Notes: generated by a model from the sequence alone, not told the origin. A stretch of 64,000 bases of DNA from Escherichia coli (GCF_016026235.1 NZ_CP065613.1); one strand, 5' to 3'; numbered from the stretch's first letter, positions 24,801-37,772 are shown. Program-made: numbers and translations.

Positions 24801-24839
24801 CACGCTACCGCCCCTGGCTTTACAGCTACCAGAGCACTG
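24801..24839 (-). promoter_or_regulatory. 39-bp JUMPStart element with ops (GGCGGTAGCGTG) antitermination site upstream of the O-antigen operon
   Basis: + strand reads cacgctaccgcccctggctttacagctaccagagcactg, the reverse complement of the JUMPStart consensus as recalled; ops 12-mer at 24801-24812. Confidence 0.85.
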
Positions 24840-25097
24840 CATGCATGCCTACGATGTGACGAGCGTTACCCACTCGCGCTAAACCCGAAAAATTCAAACG
24901 CTAATTGTCTTACCAATCCGCTCTGGAAACAAGGAAAATCCTGGAAAACTTTGACGAAAATCCTATTGCTAACTCTTTGTTATTCTGATTGTTTATATAA
25001 AACAACGGCAGGAATATTCGCAACAAATTACCTTCGCCGCAAATCTTCACAGCCGTTATAATTTTCTTATCAACCGTTACATCCGGTCAGATTTTCA

Positions 25098-25991
25098 TTA
25101 TTCGCTTAACAGCTTCTCAATACCTTTACGGAACTTCGCCCCTTCTTTTAGGTTACGCAGTCCATACTTCACAAACGCCTGCATATAGCCCATTTTTTTA
25201 CCGCAGTCGTAGCTGTGACCTGTCATCAGCATGGCATCAACGGACTGTTTTTTCGCCAATTCGGCAATGGCATCAGTCAGCTGAATACGCCCCCATGCAC
25301 CTGGCTGAGTGCGTTCAAGTTCCGGCCAAATATCGGCAGAAAGCACATAGCGACCAACGGCCATGATGTCTGAGTCCAGCGTCTGCGGCTGATCCGGTTT
25401 TTCGATAAATTCGCCGATGCGGCTGACTTTACCTTCACGATCCAGTGGTTCTTTGGTCTGAATGACGGAGTATTCAGAGAGGTCACCCGGCATACGTTTT
25501 GCCAGCACCTGGCTGCGGCCCGTTTCGTTGAAGCGCGCAATCATGGCAGCAAGGTTGTAGCGTAGCGGATCGGCGCTGGCGTCATCGATAACAACGTCTG
25601 GCAGTACCACGACAAATGGATTGTCACCAATGGCAGGTCGTGCACATAAAATGGAGTGGCCCAAACCTAAAGGTTCGCCCTGACGCACGTTCATAATAGT
25701 CACGCCCGGCGGGCAAATGGACTGTACTTCCGCCAGCAGTTGACGCTTCACGCGCTGCTCAAGGAGAGATTCTAATTCATAAGAGGTGTCGAAGTGGTTT
25801 TCGACCGCGTTCTTGGACGCGTGAGTTACCAGGAGGATTTCTTTGATCCCTGCAGCCACAATCTCGTCAACAATGTACTGAATCATTGGCTTATCGACGA
25901 TCGGTAGCATCTCTTTGGGAATCGCCTTAGTGGCAGGCAACATATGCATCCCAAGACCCGCTACAGGAATAACTGCTTTTAAATTCGTCAT
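25098..25991 (-). CDS. galF: UTP-glucose-1-phosphate uridylyltransferase paralogue (regulatory subunit)
   Basis: ORF 25098-26003; start placed at [30 protein letters not shown]. Confidence 0.93.
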   Translation of the reverse strand: MTNLKAVIPVAGLGMHMLPATKAIPKEMLPIVDKPMIQYIVDEIVAAGIKEILLVTHASKNAVENHFDTSYELESLLEQRVKRQLLAEVQSICPPGVTIMNVRQGEPLGLGHSILCARPAIGDNPFVVVLPDVVIDDASADPLRYNLAAMIARFNETGRSQVLAKRMPGDLSEYSVIQTKEPLDREGKVSRIGEFIEKPDQPQTLDSDIMAVGRYVLSADIWPELERTQPGAWGRIQLTDAIAELAKKQSVDAMLMTGHSYDCGKKMGYMQAFVKYGLRNLKEGAKFRKGIEKLLSE

Positions 25992-26165
25992 TATTTCATC
26001 CACCTGTAAAATGGTTGCTGAATTATAGCTTGTTCGATTTTTTTCGCCAGCATCAATTACCCTGAATTGATTACTGAATTACTTATGATGTTACGCCGCT
26101 TCGTTGTGGATTGCAGTAGCATTGTTCCTAAGTATGGCTCCATTTTTCCAGGAATGGTCGCAAAT

Positions 26166-27560
26166 CTACTCCCTCCGTTCCGGCAATCTAAAGTTAATCT
26201 TTTCCACATTAACAATATGGTGATTAACCCTGTCGATATCGACGGAGCTTTGTCCTTTTTCATTCACCGCATGAACATTTGCAAGAGATAGCAGTGTTTC
26301 TTTTTTCGCCATAAAGACACCTCGTACGTCTTTGCGCATGTCGAAGTTCATGCTCAATGCGGGTCCAACAGAGGATTCCTGCATCACATTGATATTTCTC
26401 ATAAAAAGGTGTTGCGGTTTGTTGTGTAACTCCAGCGACGCACGCTTCATCTCAATGTTAGTCAGCGCCACAAAGGAGACAGCATTCCCGGCAGAGATTT
26501 GGATGCCGCGCAATTTATAAACAAGGTGGGTGTTATCCAGTTGAATATTATTCACTCGGAAATTTTGCGGTATCGAGAGATATTTGCCTTTAATTACCCC
26601 ATAGCCGATTAACATCCCGGCGCTATTAATCATTTCAATATTATCAATCACGAAATTATTACAACCGTAAATAGCGACCGTGGCGTTATCAATACCTGCT
26701 TTCTTACTGAAATCCGGTGTGATATTGCGGGCTTTGATATTACGGATAACAAAATGTTTCCCATTTTCAACATGGATCAACTGTCGACAGTCCGATCCGG
26801 TGATATTCGCCACGACAAAGTTTTTCACTGCCTGGTCTTCCGGGTAGTTGTTATCGTAAGTACTCCCCGCAAGACCTATGCCAATGCCCCAGTTGATTTT
26901 GCCGTTAGTACAATTGATGCGCTCGATGACATGGTCAGATATCAAAATATCACGGTCGTTAATTGCCACGTTCCATTCAATGGCGTCGCCCTGTAAGTCG
27001 CTGAACTTACAATTGGTGATATTGGCACCGATAATCTGGTTATGAAATCCCTGACGTAAGATGGCGTAGTTAGCGTGGCTAACGGTGAGGTTATCGATGG
27101 TCAGGTTGCGCATAACCCGTTTGTTTTTGCCGCCGATATAAATCTGCGTTACCGGGCCAAAGCCGCTCATCGCCAGCCCTTTGATGGTGCAGTCAGAGCC
27201 GCGCACATCCAGGGTGATGTTATGCATACTGCCGCCCTCCTCCCCTGTCACCTGGCTGCCGTCCTGTAAGACAAATCGCCCTCTGCCGTTGCCGCGCAGG
27301 CTTCCAAGGATGTGTAACGTTTTGCCAGGAGGAATGAAGATGCCGGTGTTGATATTGTCACAAACCAATCCGCCAGGCACGACGACCGTTTGCCCTTCGC
27401 TGAAGGCTTGTTTAAATGAGGCGATCCAGTCGTGTGGGTTGTAGTCGTTAATGTTAACGCTTTGTCTGGCGGGAAGTGCACGAGCGAAAGGGGTATGGAG
27501 GAAGGCAAGCGCCGAGCTTGCCGTCAGGAAGGTGCGTCGGGAGAGTTTTTTAAATGGCAT
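26166..27560 (-). CDS. wcaM: Colanic acid biosynthesis protein WcaM
   Basis: 464 aa, signal peptide plus beta-helix-like repeats; last gene of the colanic-acid cluster by position. Confidence 0.9.
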   Translation of the reverse strand: MPFKKLSRRTFLTASSALAFLHTPFARALPARQSVNINDYNPHDWIASFKQAFSEGQTVVVPGGLVCDNINTGIFIPPGKTLHILGSLRGNGRGRFVLQDGSQVTGEEGGSMHNITLDVRGSDCTIKGLAMSGFGPVTQIYIGGKNKRVMRNLTIDNLTVSHANYAILRQGFHNQIIGANITNCKFSDLQGDAIEWNVAINDRDILISDHVIERINCTNGKINWGIGIGLAGSTYDNNYPEDQAVKNFVVANITGSDCRQLIHVENGKHFVIRNIKARNITPDFSKKAGIDNATVAIYGCNNFVIDNIEMINSAGMLIGYGVIKGKYLSIPQNFRVNNIQLDNTHLVYKLRGIQISAGNAVSFVALTNIEMKRASLELHNKPQHLFMRNINVMQESSVGPALSMNFDMRKDVRGVFMAKKETLLSLANVHAVNEKGQSSVDIDRVNHHIVNVEKINFRLPERRE

Positions 27561-27570
27561 ACGTTCTCCT

Positions 27571-28791
27571 CTATAAAGCCTGCAGCAAGCTGGCGAGTTC
27601 TCGATTGATCACCTGCTGGTTAAAATCGTGTTCGACTTTTTCGCGAGCACGTTTGACGACCGGAGCCAGTTCGTCGGTGTCCAGTTGGCTAAACGCCGCC
27701 AGTCGTTGCGCCAGTGCTCGAGCATCGTTCTCAGGCACCAGCCAGCCGGTTTTATCAGCCTCCACCAGTTCAGGTATTCCACTATGCAGAGTAGAAACCA
27801 CCGGAATGCCGACCGCCATCGCTTCCATTAGCGCCACCGGAATGCCTTCCATATCGCCATCCGCACCTGTAACCGATGGCAACAGGAAGACATCCGCGTC
27901 ATCGAGCATCGCTTTCACTTCATGGCTCGGTTTAAAGCCCGGCATCTCCACCACATCTTCCAGTTGATATTGTTCGATGAGGGTGCGCAGGCGTCGTTCC
28001 CACGGGCCAATGCCGAGGATGCGATAACGAAATGCCACGCCCTGCTCTTTCAACTGACGGCAGGCTTCAATCGCCACATGCAGGCCTTTTTTCTCGGTTA
28101 AGCGTGCGACGGAAATGATTTCCAGCGGCGTTGCAGGCGCTTTCACCGGACGCGGGCTAAAGCGCGTCATGTCCACGCCCATGCGCAATACGGCGATTTT
28201 TTCCCTCGGGCAGCCCATTTTTTGCAGCCTTCCGGCCCACAGATCGCTTATCGGTAGCATCAGGTCGCCACGGCGAAACAGTTGTTGATATTCGGGGGTG
28301 TAGTGGTTGAGAACTTCCCGACTGGAGATATCAATACCGTGGAAGATAGTGGCAATTTTGCCGCGAATGACACCCAGTTCGCGGAGTTTTGCTGCGGTTA
28401 CCCCCGCTGGACCAAAATGAGCGATGAACACATCGGCGCGAAACGGTGTTGCGACCTGGCCGCAAATAGCAGACAAAATCAGGTTCCGCGCCTCAGAGCC
28501 ATAGCGTTTGAGGTTGAGCGCCTGCCAGGTATTTTTACGATGAATGCCGCGTAAGGTCTGGCTGGTACGGTGGCGCAGTTTCGCCACTTTGCCTTGTGGT
28601 TCGTCCTGTAACCAGCGAGTTCTGGCAGCAAGGTTATATTTCGTCCATGCCGCGTGGGTGTTCTGGGTGTCGCCTTTTTGCAGCGCGACAATCTCCACTT
28701 CAAAGCCCATATCAATAAACGCAGTGATTTGGTTAAGAACGAAGGTTTCCGACGACAACGGAAATTTCAGTAAAAAGAAGCCGACCTTCAT
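27571..28791 (-). CDS. wcaL: Colanic acid glycosyltransferase WcaL
   Basis: 406 aa GT-B glycosyltransferase; position. Confidence 0.9.
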   Translation of the reverse strand: MKVGFFLLKFPLSSETFVLNQITAFIDMGFEVEIVALQKGDTQNTHAAWTKYNLAARTRWLQDEPQGKVAKLRHRTSQTLRGIHRKNTWQALNLKRYGSEARNLILSAICGQVATPFRADVFIAHFGPAGVTAAKLRELGVIRGKIATIFHGIDISSREVLNHYTPEYQQLFRRGDLMLPISDLWAGRLQKMGCPREKIAVLRMGVDMTRFSPRPVKAPATPLEIISVARLTEKKGLHVAIEACRQLKEQGVAFRYRILGIGPWERRLRTLIEQYQLEDVVEMPGFKPSHEVKAMLDDADVFLLPSVTGADGDMEGIPVALMEAMAVGIPVVSTLHSGIPELVEADKTGWLVPENDARALAQRLAAFSQLDTDELAPVVKRAREKVEHDFNQQVINRELASLLQAL

Positions 28792-30068
28792 TTTGCCTCC
28801 CCGATGCGTTCAAGCACAGATTTCACCATCTGCATTCCTGTATGACGCTCACGACTGACAGCTTCGTTAAGTCGTGTGTTCAGCGCCGGAAGCTGACCTA
28901 AGGTATCCGCAACCATCGCTTGCAGGCTGCCGTCTAATAAATGACGGATATCAATTGCCATCTCTGGTAGCCCCAGCTGTTGCATGATCCCGGCGGATTT
29001 ATGTTCATAGTTGATGGCAATCGCTGGAGTGGCAAAGTTCATCGAGATAATGGCAGAGTGTAGGCGCGTACCGACGGTGAGTTCACAGGCCCCCAGAATT
29101 TTGCCCATTTCCAGATCGTTGAGTTCATCCATCACTACGTGATAACGGGCAGGATCGCTGATGTGCTGGCGCAGGTTAAGCGCCACCATGCGGTCGTCTT
29201 TGTTATAGCTGTCAATGCCCGTACAGGTGGAAAGCGCAATCACCTGATACCCTTCATCGAGAATGCGATTGACCACCCCGGCAAAGGCTTTTTCATACGC
29301 TTGTTGAGTGGTGCCGAGACGTTTGTCGAACGGTGCCAGTTCGCGCAGGGTAATTGCCACCGCTTTCTGTTGTGCGGCAACGTCCAGCCAGTGTTGAACG
29401 GCATAGCTGGCGGTGAAGTCTTCAATGTGGTGATCGACCAGCCACGCGGTATCGACGCCATGTTCAACTTTTGCAGTGGTGATATTGCTGCGTTTCATTA
29501 GATCGAGGCTGACCGATTCGCGCAGGATCAGCGCGTCGCAGTGACCAAAAACGTAGTTCGCCAGTTGGTTAAATTGCTCATCCTGGAACGGGCCGACGCT
29601 GTGACCAATCATAAACAGCGGCTTTTTCGCCATAAACGTGCAAAGCGCATGTTCAAACTGCGGCACGCCATAGAGATCGACAAAAAACGATCCGCCGACC
29701 TGAATAATGGCGTCGTAACCTGACAGCAGGCGCACGAAGTCAGTGAATCCCTGGGCGATGGCGATATTACGCAACTTGCCAGTGTCGGTGACGCGTGAGA
29801 GCAGTACCTGATGTTGGTAACGGCGACGGAGGACTTTTTTAACGCGCCCGACAACGCCCGCTGCGCTGTTGTGTTGTTTCATTTGCAGGAACAGCGGATC
29901 GCCCATTACCGGGCGGTTGAGCAGCCAGGAAGAACTGACCGGATAGCGGCTCATCACGTCCACTTCGGCATGTGGATTGAGGATATTGATGGCATCAAGT
30001 AAGCCGCGCAGGATGGCGCTGTCGCCGCGGTTGCCGCAAGTGTGGTTGCCCAGAATCAGTAATTTCAT
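28788..30068 (-). CDS. wcaK: Colanic acid pyruvyl transferase WcaK
   Basis: ORF 28788-30134; start placed at internal MKLLILGNHTCGNRGD; position. Confidence 0.88.
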   Translation of the reverse strand: MKLLILGNHTCGNRGDSAILRGLLDAINILNPHAEVDVMSRYPVSSSWLLNRPVMGDPLFLQMKQHNSAAGVVGRVKKVLRRRYQHQVLLSRVTDTGKLRNIAIAQGFTDFVRLLSGYDAIIQVGGSFFVDLYGVPQFEHALCTFMAKKPLFMIGHSVGPFQDEQFNQLANYVFGHCDALILRESVSLDLMKRSNITTAKVEHGVDTAWLVDHHIEDFTASYAVQHWLDVAAQQKAVAITLRELAPFDKRLGTTQQAYEKAFAGVVNRILDEGYQVIALSTCTGIDSYNKDDRMVALNLRQHISDPARYHVVMDELNDLEMGKILGACELTVGTRLHSAIISMNFATPAIAINYEHKSAGIMQQLGLPEMAIDIRHLLDGSLQAMVADTLGQLPALNTRLNEAVSRERHTGMQMVKSVLERIGEAK

Positions 30069-30138
30069 TTTTTCCTCATAAATTTGATGCCAGGTGAGGT
30101 TAGTTGTTGTTTTCGTTGCCGGAACAGAAAACAACCAT

Positions 30139-31617
30139 TCACCCCGCCCGTAAAAGCATTTTCATTTTTTCGCTACGACAAAACTGACGCTTCACTTCCA
30201 CCACCAGCGGATGGAGCGATAGCACAATCATCACCACAAACGCCAGCACGCCTGCGGCTATTTGCACCGCCAGCAGCATCCCCAGCGCCAGTTGCCCTTT
30301 CAGCAATAGGCCCAGCGCATAACTGACCACCAGTGTCGGCAGCGAGAGATAAAACGGCAGCCACAAACTCAGGATGTACTGACGATAACTGGAACCGAGC
30401 ACCGGTTTAATCATCACGAAGTAACTCAGAATGGTGTTGATAATCTGCACCAGCAGGAAGCCAAGCGTGACGCCGATTGCGCCCGCCATCTGCCCACCAA
30501 TAACAATCGCCGGAATAAACAGAAATGTTTTGAATACGTTGAATTTAAAGCTGATATCCACCCGCGCTTTCGCCATCAGCAGCGAGCCAATCGGGTTACC
30601 CACTGAGCGCAGTAGCCCCACAATACACAGCAATTGCAGCACCGGAATAATGCTGTTCCACTTTTCGCCAAATACCAGCGGTACAAAATTATTCGACACC
30701 ACCATCAGCCCCAGCAGCGCCGGAAAGTTGATAATCCCCACCACCGACAGCAGCTTGTAGAAGTTGACGCGCAGCTTTTCGGTGTCGTCCTGAATTTTGG
30801 CAAACGCCGGAAACAACACACGGGTGATGATTGGGTTCAGCTTCATCGGCGGCACAACGGCCACGTTGTACGCCAGGTTGTATCCCCCTGCCACGCCCGC
30901 GCCGAGAATACGCGCCAGCACCAGCATTGAAAGGTTGGTATTGAGATAGTTGATGATGCTGTCCGCCGTCAGCCAGGCACCAAAGCGTAAGTTCGGTGTC
31001 ACCGACGCCAGCGAGAAATGCAGACCGGGGCAATAAATTTTGCGGCCAAAGTAGCCAAACAGCAGCGTTCTTACCGCACTATTGACCAGATAACCGAGGA
31101 TCGCGGTCATCGCCAGCGGCCAGAAATGGGCGCTAACCACCGTAAAAGTAAAGCCCGCCAGCACCGCGCTGGTTTCGATCATGCCGATTTTGTTGAACTC
31201 CAGCTCCTTCTGCATCAACGCGCGGAACTGTTGCCCGTGGGGGATCACCACAAACGCCAGCGACAATGTTTTAATCAAGGGTGCCAGGTCCGGGTTATTC
31301 AGCACGTCGCCGATGAGATCACTCAACAAAAACACCGCCACGCACACCACGATTCCCAGCCCGACGTTCAGCCAGTACAACGTGGTGAGTTCAAGGTGGC
31401 TGATTTCTTTTCGCTGAATAATCGAGTTAGCGATACCGAAGTCAGAAAGCGTATCTGCCAGCGCGATAATCACCAGAGACACGGTAAGCAGGCCGAACTG
31501 GTGGTTGTCGATAATCCGCGCCAGCACAGTCATTTGCACCAGACCGAGGCCGATGATGATCACCGTGGCAATCGCCGACCACTTCGCGCCGCTGATGGTT
31601 TTTTCACGTAAGCTCAT
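30139..31617 (-). CDS. wzxC: Colanic acid repeat-unit flippase
   Basis: 492 aa polytopic membrane protein; position. Confidence 0.9.
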   Translation of the reverse strand: MSLREKTISGAKWSAIATVIIIGLGLVQMTVLARIIDNHQFGLLTVSLVIIALADTLSDFGIANSIIQRKEISHLELTTLYWLNVGLGIVVCVAVFLLSDLIGDVLNNPDLAPLIKTLSLAFVVIPHGQQFRALMQKELEFNKIGMIETSAVLAGFTFTVVSAHFWPLAMTAILGYLVNSAVRTLLFGYFGRKIYCPGLHFSLASVTPNLRFGAWLTADSIINYLNTNLSMLVLARILGAGVAGGYNLAYNVAVVPPMKLNPIITRVLFPAFAKIQDDTEKLRVNFYKLLSVVGIINFPALLGLMVVSNNFVPLVFGEKWNSIIPVLQLLCIVGLLRSVGNPIGSLLMAKARVDISFKFNVFKTFLFIPAIVIGGQMAGAIGVTLGFLLVQIINTILSYFVMIKPVLGSSYRQYILSLWLPFYLSLPTLVVSYALGLLLKGQLALGMLLAVQIAAGVLAFVVMIVLSLHPLVVEVKRQFCRSEKMKMLLRAG

Positions 31618-31618
31618 A

Positions 31619-33013
31619 TCAATATGCCGCTTTGTTAACGAAGCCCTTGAATACCGTCAGGAAAACGATTTTGATATCGAACCAGACGCTCCATTCGCGG
31701 ATGTACTCAAGGTCGAACTCGACGCGTTTTTCCATTTTCTCCAGCGTGTCGGTTTCGCCGCGCCAGCCGTTAATCTGCGCCCAGCCGGTAATGCCCGGTT
31801 TCACTTTATGGCGCAGCATGTAGCCTTCAATGAGCTGGCGATACTGTTCGTTATGCGCCACCGCATGCGGACGTGGACCAACAATCGACATCCCGCCAGT
31901 CAGCACATTGATAAACTGCGGCAGTTCATCCAGCGAAGTGCGGCGCAGAAAGTTCCCCACTTTAGTAACGCGCGGATCGTTCTGCGTCGCCTGAGTCACC
32001 ACTTTGTCGTTCTCCATCACTTTCATAGAACGGAACTTCCACACTTTGATCGGCTTGCCATCCATGCCGTAGCGAGTCTGGCGGAAAATAACCGGCCCCG
32101 GTGAGCTCAGTTTCACCGCCAGCGCAATGCAGCACAGCACCAGGGAGATCAGCAGCAGGATAAGCGTCGCCAGCACAATGTCTTCTGCACGTTTTATCAG
32201 GCGGTTAACCCCGGAAAGCGGCGTGTCATACAGCGGCACCACCGGTACGCCATTCATCTCTTCGAGGCGTGAATGGAGAATGTTGAAGGTAAAGACATCG
32301 GGGATCAGCAGCACCGAACAGGTGGTGTCCGCCAGTTGATGGACCAGTTTTTTCACTCGCGCGCCGTCGCACATCTGCATCGCGATATAGACGTTATGAA
32401 TCTTGCCCGCTTTCGCATCCTCGACCAGTTGTTGCAGATTGCCCGCCCAGTCGTTAGAAACGCCACCCGGTTTCAGGTCGTGGTAAACGCCCACCACTTC
32501 AAACCCTAACCACGGCTGATTACGGAAGCTCTCCATCAGCATTTGTCCGGCGGCTAAATCCCCCGCCACCGCGACCATGCGCTTGTTATAGCCATGATTA
32601 CGCAGCCAGCCCGCCCCAATGCGAATACACGAACGGCAAACCACCAGTCCGATGCTGGTCAGCCCATACCACGCCAGCCAGATTTTCAGTTGCGTGTCGA
32701 AATCATTGTTGAACGCCGCCAGTCCGGCGCTGAAAATCACGCTTATGGTCCAGTTTTGTAGCAACAGGGCAAATTCTGTCGCTGCCCGAACACCGCGCCA
32801 TGAGCGATAAAAGTCGGTGATGCCGCCCAGCATCTGGAACACCACCAGCGTAATCAGCGCCACCAACAGGTGCATGTAGAGGAATGACAGTCCGCTCACT
32901 TCGCAAACCAGCCATAGTCCGGCAAACATGATGGTGATATCTGAAAAGCGTTGCACCATAGAGATTAACGATGCATTGGTTTTCGCTCGCTCGCGCTTTT
33001 TTAGATTTGTCAT
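31619..33013 (-). CDS. wcaJ: Undecaprenyl-phosphate glucose-1-phosphate transferase
   Basis: 464 aa; membrane N-terminus and C-terminal sugar-transferase domain (...SIVGPRPH...). Confidence 0.92.
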   Translation of the reverse strand: MTNLKKRERAKTNASLISMVQRFSDITIMFAGLWLVCEVSGLSFLYMHLLVALITLVVFQMLGGITDFYRSWRGVRAATEFALLLQNWTISVIFSAGLAAFNNDFDTQLKIWLAWYGLTSIGLVVCRSCIRIGAGWLRNHGYNKRMVAVAGDLAAGQMLMESFRNQPWLGFEVVGVYHDLKPGGVSNDWAGNLQQLVEDAKAGKIHNVYIAMQMCDGARVKKLVHQLADTTCSVLLIPDVFTFNILHSRLEEMNGVPVVPLYDTPLSGVNRLIKRAEDIVLATLILLLISLVLCCIALAVKLSSPGPVIFRQTRYGMDGKPIKVWKFRSMKVMENDKVVTQATQNDPRVTKVGNFLRRTSLDELPQFINVLTGGMSIVGPRPHAVAHNEQYRQLIEGYMLRHKVKPGITGWAQINGWRGETDTLEKMEKRVEFDLEYIREWSVWFDIKIVFLTVFKGFVNKAAY

Positions 33014-33067
33014 CGTTGTTCCTGTTTTTAGCCCCTTACCCGCAGTGGGGTAAGGGAAGATCCGACA

Positions 33068-34438
33068 TTACTCGTTCAGCAACGTCAGCAGAGTTCGCGT
33101 TCGCGCTTCCATCAGCGGCACATCACCGCGTGATTCCACATTCAGGCGCACCACCGGTTCGGTGTTGGAGGAGCGCAGATTAAAGCGCCAGTCGGCAAAG
33201 GTCATGCTGATGCCATCGGTACGATCCACCGCCAGCGCCTCGCGGCTAAAGTGCTGTTCCACGCGGTTAATCGCCTCAACGGGTTGTGCCAGTTTGCTGT
33301 TGATCTCACCGCTTGCCGGAAACGCTGACATCCGGTCGCACACCAGTTCGCCCAGCGTTTTTCCTTTCAGGCACACCAGTTCGGCGACCAGCAGCCACGG
33401 GATCATGCCGCTGTCGCAGTAAGCGAAATCACGGAAGTAATGGTGGGCGCTCATTTCGCCACCGTAGATAGCGTCTTCCTTGCGCATACGTTCTTTAATA
33501 AAGGCGTGTCCGGTTTTCGACATTACCGGGGTGCCGCCTGCGGCAGTCACCACATCAACGGTGTTCCAGGAGAGACGTGGATCGTGGATGATCTTCGCGC
33601 CGGGATTTTTTTCGAGGAACGCTTCTGCCAGCAGGCCGACAATGTAGTAGCCCTCAATAAACTGCCCTTTTTCGTCAAACAGGAAACAGCGGTCAAAATC
33701 GCCATCAAAGGCAATGCCCATATCCGCGCCGTGTTTAATGACCGCATTGCGGGTATCGTCGCGACATTCCGGCAGCAACGGGTTAGGAATACCGTTGGGG
33801 AAATTGCCGTCCGGCGTGTTATGCACTTTGATCAATTCCACCGGTGCGCCGAGGGCTTTAAAGCGGGCTTCAATGGCGTCCACCACCGGACCCGCCGCGC
33901 CGTTCCCGGAGTTAATCACCAGCTTGAGCGGCGTGAGGTTTTTGACGTTGATATAACCGAACAGGTGATCAACGTATGCATCACGCAGGTTGATTTGCTG
34001 ATAGCAACCGCGTTTGGTTTCATCGACGGGAGGAAAGTCGTTGGCTTCTGCCAGACGCTGGACGTCGCGCAGTCCGGTATCGCCGCTGATCGGGCGAGCC
34101 CCTTCGCGCACCAGTTTCATGCCGTTGTAATCCATCGGGTTATGGCTGGCGGTAACTTCAATGCCGCCATCCACGCCAAGATGGAACGTGGCGAAATAGA
34201 TTTCTTCGGTGCCGGACATACCAATATCCAGCACGTCGACGCCCGCATCCTGTAAACCTTTTGCCAGCGCCAGTTTTAAGGTTTCGCTGGTGAGGCGGAC
34301 ATCACCGCCTAACACAATGGTTTTCGGTTTGAGAAATTCGCCATAAGCGCGACCAATGCGCCAGGCAATATCTTCATTCAGTTCTTCGCCTAATTTCCCG
34401 CGAATATCATAGGCTTTAAAGCAGGTTAATTTTTTCAT
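33068..34438 (-). CDS. cpsG: Phosphomannomutase
   Basis: ORF 33068-34486; start placed at [17 protein letters not shown]; phosphohexomutase active-site TASHNP. Confidence 0.93.
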   Translation of the reverse strand: MKKLTCFKAYDIRGKLGEELNEDIAWRIGRAYGEFLKPKTIVLGGDVRLTSETLKLALAKGLQDAGVDVLDIGMSGTEEIYFATFHLGVDGGIEVTASHNPMDYNGMKLVREGARPISGDTGLRDVQRLAEANDFPPVDETKRGCYQQINLRDAYVDHLFGYINVKNLTPLKLVINSGNGAAGPVVDAIEARFKALGAPVELIKVHNTPDGNFPNGIPNPLLPECRDDTRNAVIKHGADMGIAFDGDFDRCFLFDEKGQFIEGYYIVGLLAEAFLEKNPGAKIIHDPRLSWNTVDVVTAAGGTPVMSKTGHAFIKERMRKEDAIYGGEMSAHHYFRDFAYCDSGMIPWLLVAELVCLKGKTLGELVCDRMSAFPASGEINSKLAQPVEAINRVEQHFSREALAVDRTDGISMTFADWRFNLRSSNTEPVVRLNVESRGDVPLMEARTRTLLTLLNE

Positions 34439-34494
34439 ATCGTTACCCTTTTTCAGGCAATAGTTGGCCCTGACCGAAGCGGCCAATTTTATTT

Positions 34495-34628
<134 letters not shown>

Positions 34629-34630
34629 GT

Positions 34631-36067
34631 TTACACCCGTCCGTAGCGATCCGCGAAGCGCACCACATCATCCTCTTCGAGATAAGAGCCGGAGCGCACT
34701 TCAATTAAATCGAGCGGAATTTTCCCCGGGTTTTCCAGGCAGTGCGTCGCCCCCAGCGGAATATAAATCGACTCGTTTTCACCAAGCAGTTTGATATCAC
34801 CATCGATAGTGACTTTTGCCGTTCCCGCGACCACCACCCAGTGTTCCGCGCGGTGATGGTGCATCTGTACCGACAAGCCTTCGCCCGGTTTCACGGTGAT
34901 GCGTTTCACCTGGTAGCGGTCGCCCGCGTCGATAGAGTCATATTTGCCCCACGGACGATACACTTCGCGATGCACCCGATGCTCATGGCGACCATCGGCT
35001 TTGATCTGCTCGACCACTTTTTTCACATCCTGCACCGCGTTACGGTCGGCAATCAGCACCGCATCTTTGGTCTGCACTACCACCAAATCTTTCACCCCGA
35101 CGGTGGTGACCAGGCCAGATTCGGCATACACATAGCTGTTTTCGGTTTTGTGATTAATCACATCGCCGTGGCAAACGTTGCCCTCGGCGGTGTGGGCGCT
35201 GATTTCCCATAAAGAGGACCAGGAGCCAACATCGCTCCAGCCCGCATCCATCGGCACCACAACAGCATCTGCCGTACGTTCCATGACCGCGTAATCCACC
35301 GACTCTTCCGGGCAGGCCAGAAACGCTTCTTCATCCACGCGAATAAAATCGAGATCCGGATCGACGGCGCTCATCGCTTGTTCACAGGCGTCGAGAATAT
35401 CCGGGCGATATTTTTTCAGTTCTTCGAGATAGCGTCCGGCGCGGAACAGGAACATGCCGCTGTTCCAGTAATATTCGCCGCTTGCCACATAGGCCTGGGC
35501 GGTTTCCAGATTCGGTTTTTCGACAAACTGCGCCACTTCAAAGGCCACCGTATCCTGCTCACCCGCCGACACTTCACCGCGACGAATATAGCCATATCCG
35601 GTTTCAGGTAGATCCGGCACAATGCCGAAGATCACCAGCTTGCCCGCTTCGGCATACGGCATGGCATTACGCACGGCGGCACGGAACGCGTCTTCATCGG
35701 CAATCACATGATCCGCCGCCAGCACCAGCATTAACGGGTCGCTCTCCGGGCTATGACGTTTTGCCGCCAGCGCCGCCAGTGCAATGGCAGGTGCAGTGTT
35801 ACGCCCTGCCGGTTCGAGAATAATGTTCTCGGTGAGTTTGTTCAGTTGACGCAGCTGTTCCGCGACAATAAAGCGGTGCTGCTCATTGCAAATCACCACT
35901 GGGCTTTCGCACTCCACGCCGTTCAGGCGGCAGATGGTGGTTTGCAGCATGGTGAGATCGCCTTTCAGGCATAAAAACTGCTTGGGGTAAAGTACGCGGG
36001 AAAGCGGCCATAAGCGGCTACCGGAGCCACCTGCCATCACAACTGGATAGAGTTTCGACTGCGCCAT
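34631..36067 (-). CDS. cpsB: Mannose-1-phosphate guanylyltransferase
   Basis: 478 aa; nucleotidyltransferase N-terminus ([16 protein letters not shown]) plus cupin C-terminus. Confidence 0.93.
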   Translation of the reverse strand: MAQSKLYPVVMAGGSGSRLWPLSRVLYPKQFLCLKGDLTMLQTTICRLNGVECESPVVICNEQHRFIVAEQLRQLNKLTENIILEPAGRNTAPAIALAALAAKRHSPESDPLMLVLAADHVIADEDAFRAAVRNAMPYAEAGKLVIFGIVPDLPETGYGYIRRGEVSAGEQDTVAFEVAQFVEKPNLETAQAYVASGEYYWNSGMFLFRAGRYLEELKKYRPDILDACEQAMSAVDPDLDFIRVDEEAFLACPEESVDYAVMERTADAVVVPMDAGWSDVGSWSSLWEISAHTAEGNVCHGDVINHKTENSYVYAESGLVTTVGVKDLVVVQTKDAVLIADRNAVQDVKKVVEQIKADGRHEHRVHREVYRPWGKYDSIDAGDRYQVKRITVKPGEGLSVQMHHHRAEHWVVVAGTAKVTIDGDIKLLGENESIYIPLGATHCLENPGKIPLDLIEVRSGSYLEEDDVVRFADRYGRV

Positions 36068-36069
36068 AA

Positions 36070-37293
36070 TTATCCCCGAATATCATTTATAAATTGACGT
36101 AACACGTTCTCTTTATCGAGTGTGCGTTCGGCATATTCACGTGCCACCGTGTTGTGTTTGGGCAGCAGGAGCGCCTGACGGATCCCCGCCACCAGCGCCT
36201 CGACCGATTCCGGTTCTACGCAAACCGCAATGCCCGGAAAGGTTTCGCAAAGCTGCCCCAGTTCTGTGTGGGCCTCTGCGGTAATCACCGCGTTACCGCC
36301 TACCGCCAGAATATTGGTCAGTTTCGACGGCAATACGGCATCTGCCGCACCGCGTTTTTGCACCACCAGATGGCAATCGCCCATCTTCAGCAGTGCGGGT
36401 AAAGCGTCATACGATTGCAGCGGGAAAAATTGCATGTTGCGCAGTCCACGCTGCTGCGCCATTTTTTCCAGCCGCGCTTTGCCGCCGCCCTGCCCGACAA
36501 TGGCAAAAATCAGCGGTTCATCGCGCAGACGATCGGCAGCTTCAATAACGTTTTCCAGCCCCTGCTTTTCACCAATATTGCCGGAGTAAAGAATGATTTT
36601 TTTGTTATCCGGCAGGTCAAGCTGGTTACGAAGGGCGTCAACATCGGCATCTGCAACATGCTGAAAACGGGCAATTTCCGACCAGTTGGGGAAGAAGATG
36701 ACGTTTTCCGCCGCCACGCCTTTTTCGATGGCTTTATTCATCATCGAACGCGAAATCGTGGAGACGTTATCGACGTTATGCAGTCCGCTACGTTCGAACG
36801 CCGTTGCCAGCTGTGCCACTTTGCCGCCTTTGCCTTTTCCGGCAAGGCCCAGCCCCAGCATGGCGTCCACTTCGTAATCCTGAATATGCAGCACGGTACG
36901 CGCACCAGAGAGCTTCGCCAGCAGGCGCATTCCCGGCGTGCAAAACAGCGTTGGCACTACGCCGATAATGCGATCCGGCTTCCAGCGACGTTGCGCCATC
37001 AGTGGAAAGAAACTGCTGACGGCAAAACTGCCGAGATGCAACAAGCGTTTCAGGGTGCTCGGCTGTTTTGGCACGTACAGCGGGCAGCGCCACACCGTGG
37101 CGGCCCCCTCTTCTCGTTTGTAGCGCCAGGCGGAATAGTTCTCACCCACCTGCCATTGCGGGTAGTAAGGCGGTGCGGTAATGACCCGCACCTCATGACC
37201 TTGTGCCGCCAGCCATTCCACCATCTCGCCGGTGTATTTGCCGATGCCGGTTAACTCCGGCGAGTAGTTAATGCCGTAGACCAGTATTTTCAT
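36070..37293 (-). CDS. wcaI: Colanic acid glycosyltransferase WcaI
   Basis: 407 aa GT-B glycosyltransferase; position. Confidence 0.9.
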   Translation of the reverse strand: MKILVYGINYSPELTGIGKYTGEMVEWLAAQGHEVRVITAPPYYPQWQVGENYSAWRYKREEGAATVWRCPLYVPKQPSTLKRLLHLGSFAVSSFFPLMAQRRWKPDRIIGVVPTLFCTPGMRLLAKLSGARTVLHIQDYEVDAMLGLGLAGKGKGGKVAQLATAFERSGLHNVDNVSTISRSMMNKAIEKGVAAENVIFFPNWSEIARFQHVADADVDALRNQLDLPDNKKIILYSGNIGEKQGLENVIEAADRLRDEPLIFAIVGQGGGKARLEKMAQQRGLRNMQFFPLQSYDALPALLKMGDCHLVVQKRGAADAVLPSKLTNILAVGGNAVITAEAHTELGQLCETFPGIAVCVEPESVEALVAGIRQALLLPKHNTVAREYAERTLDKENVLRQFINDIRG

Positions 37294-37772
37294 AATCCGG
37301 GTACTCCGGCACGCTTCTCAGCGAGAAAATAGGCGCGGCTGTTAGCGTGAACATCGTTACTGGCGAGCAGCGCGTCCGGCGTCAGCCAGCGGTAATCGTC
37401 ATGCTGCTCATCCGGCAGTAACAGCTCTTCTTCCGCTACTCTGAAGCGAAAACCGAGCACCACATAGTGAGTGGTGAAATCCGTGCCGGAGAAGTTATCG
37501 TCATAAAAGTGCTGCCAGACACCGTAAAACTGGCCTGCTGTTATCGGCAGACGCAGCCCCAGTTCCGCCATCGTCAGCCGCTCAAATGCGGCTTCCAGCG
37601 TTTCGTCTTTCTGCACGCGCCCTCCCGGCACAAACCAGTAACCCTGCGCCGGGCGGTTGGTTCTTTTGCCAAGCAGAAACTCGCCGCGACTGTTCTCGAC
37701 AATAAAGTCGAGAGAGACAAGCGGTGTGGAGCGCACTACCGTGGCAAAGTCTTCCTGACGTAAAAACATCAT
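37290..37772 (-). CDS. gmm: GDP-mannose mannosyl hydrolase (Nudix)
   Basis: 160 aa; Nudix-type sequence; position between wcaI and fcl. Exact start (MM versus M) uncertain by 3 nt. Confidence 0.9.
   Translation of the reverse strand: MMFLRQEDFATVVRSTPLVSLDFIVENSRGEFLLGKRTNRPAQGYWFVPGGRVQKDETLEAAFERLTMAELGLRLPITAGQFYGVWQHFYDDNFSGTDFTTHYVVLGFRFRVAEEELLLPDEQHDDYRWLTPDALLASNDVHANSRAYFLAEKRAGVPGL

Noticed and set aside
24741-25061. 106-aa + strand ORF in the galF-O-antigen intergenic region
   Set aside because: Covers the JUMPStart element and leader; no ribosome-binding site or motifs; the region is regulatory.
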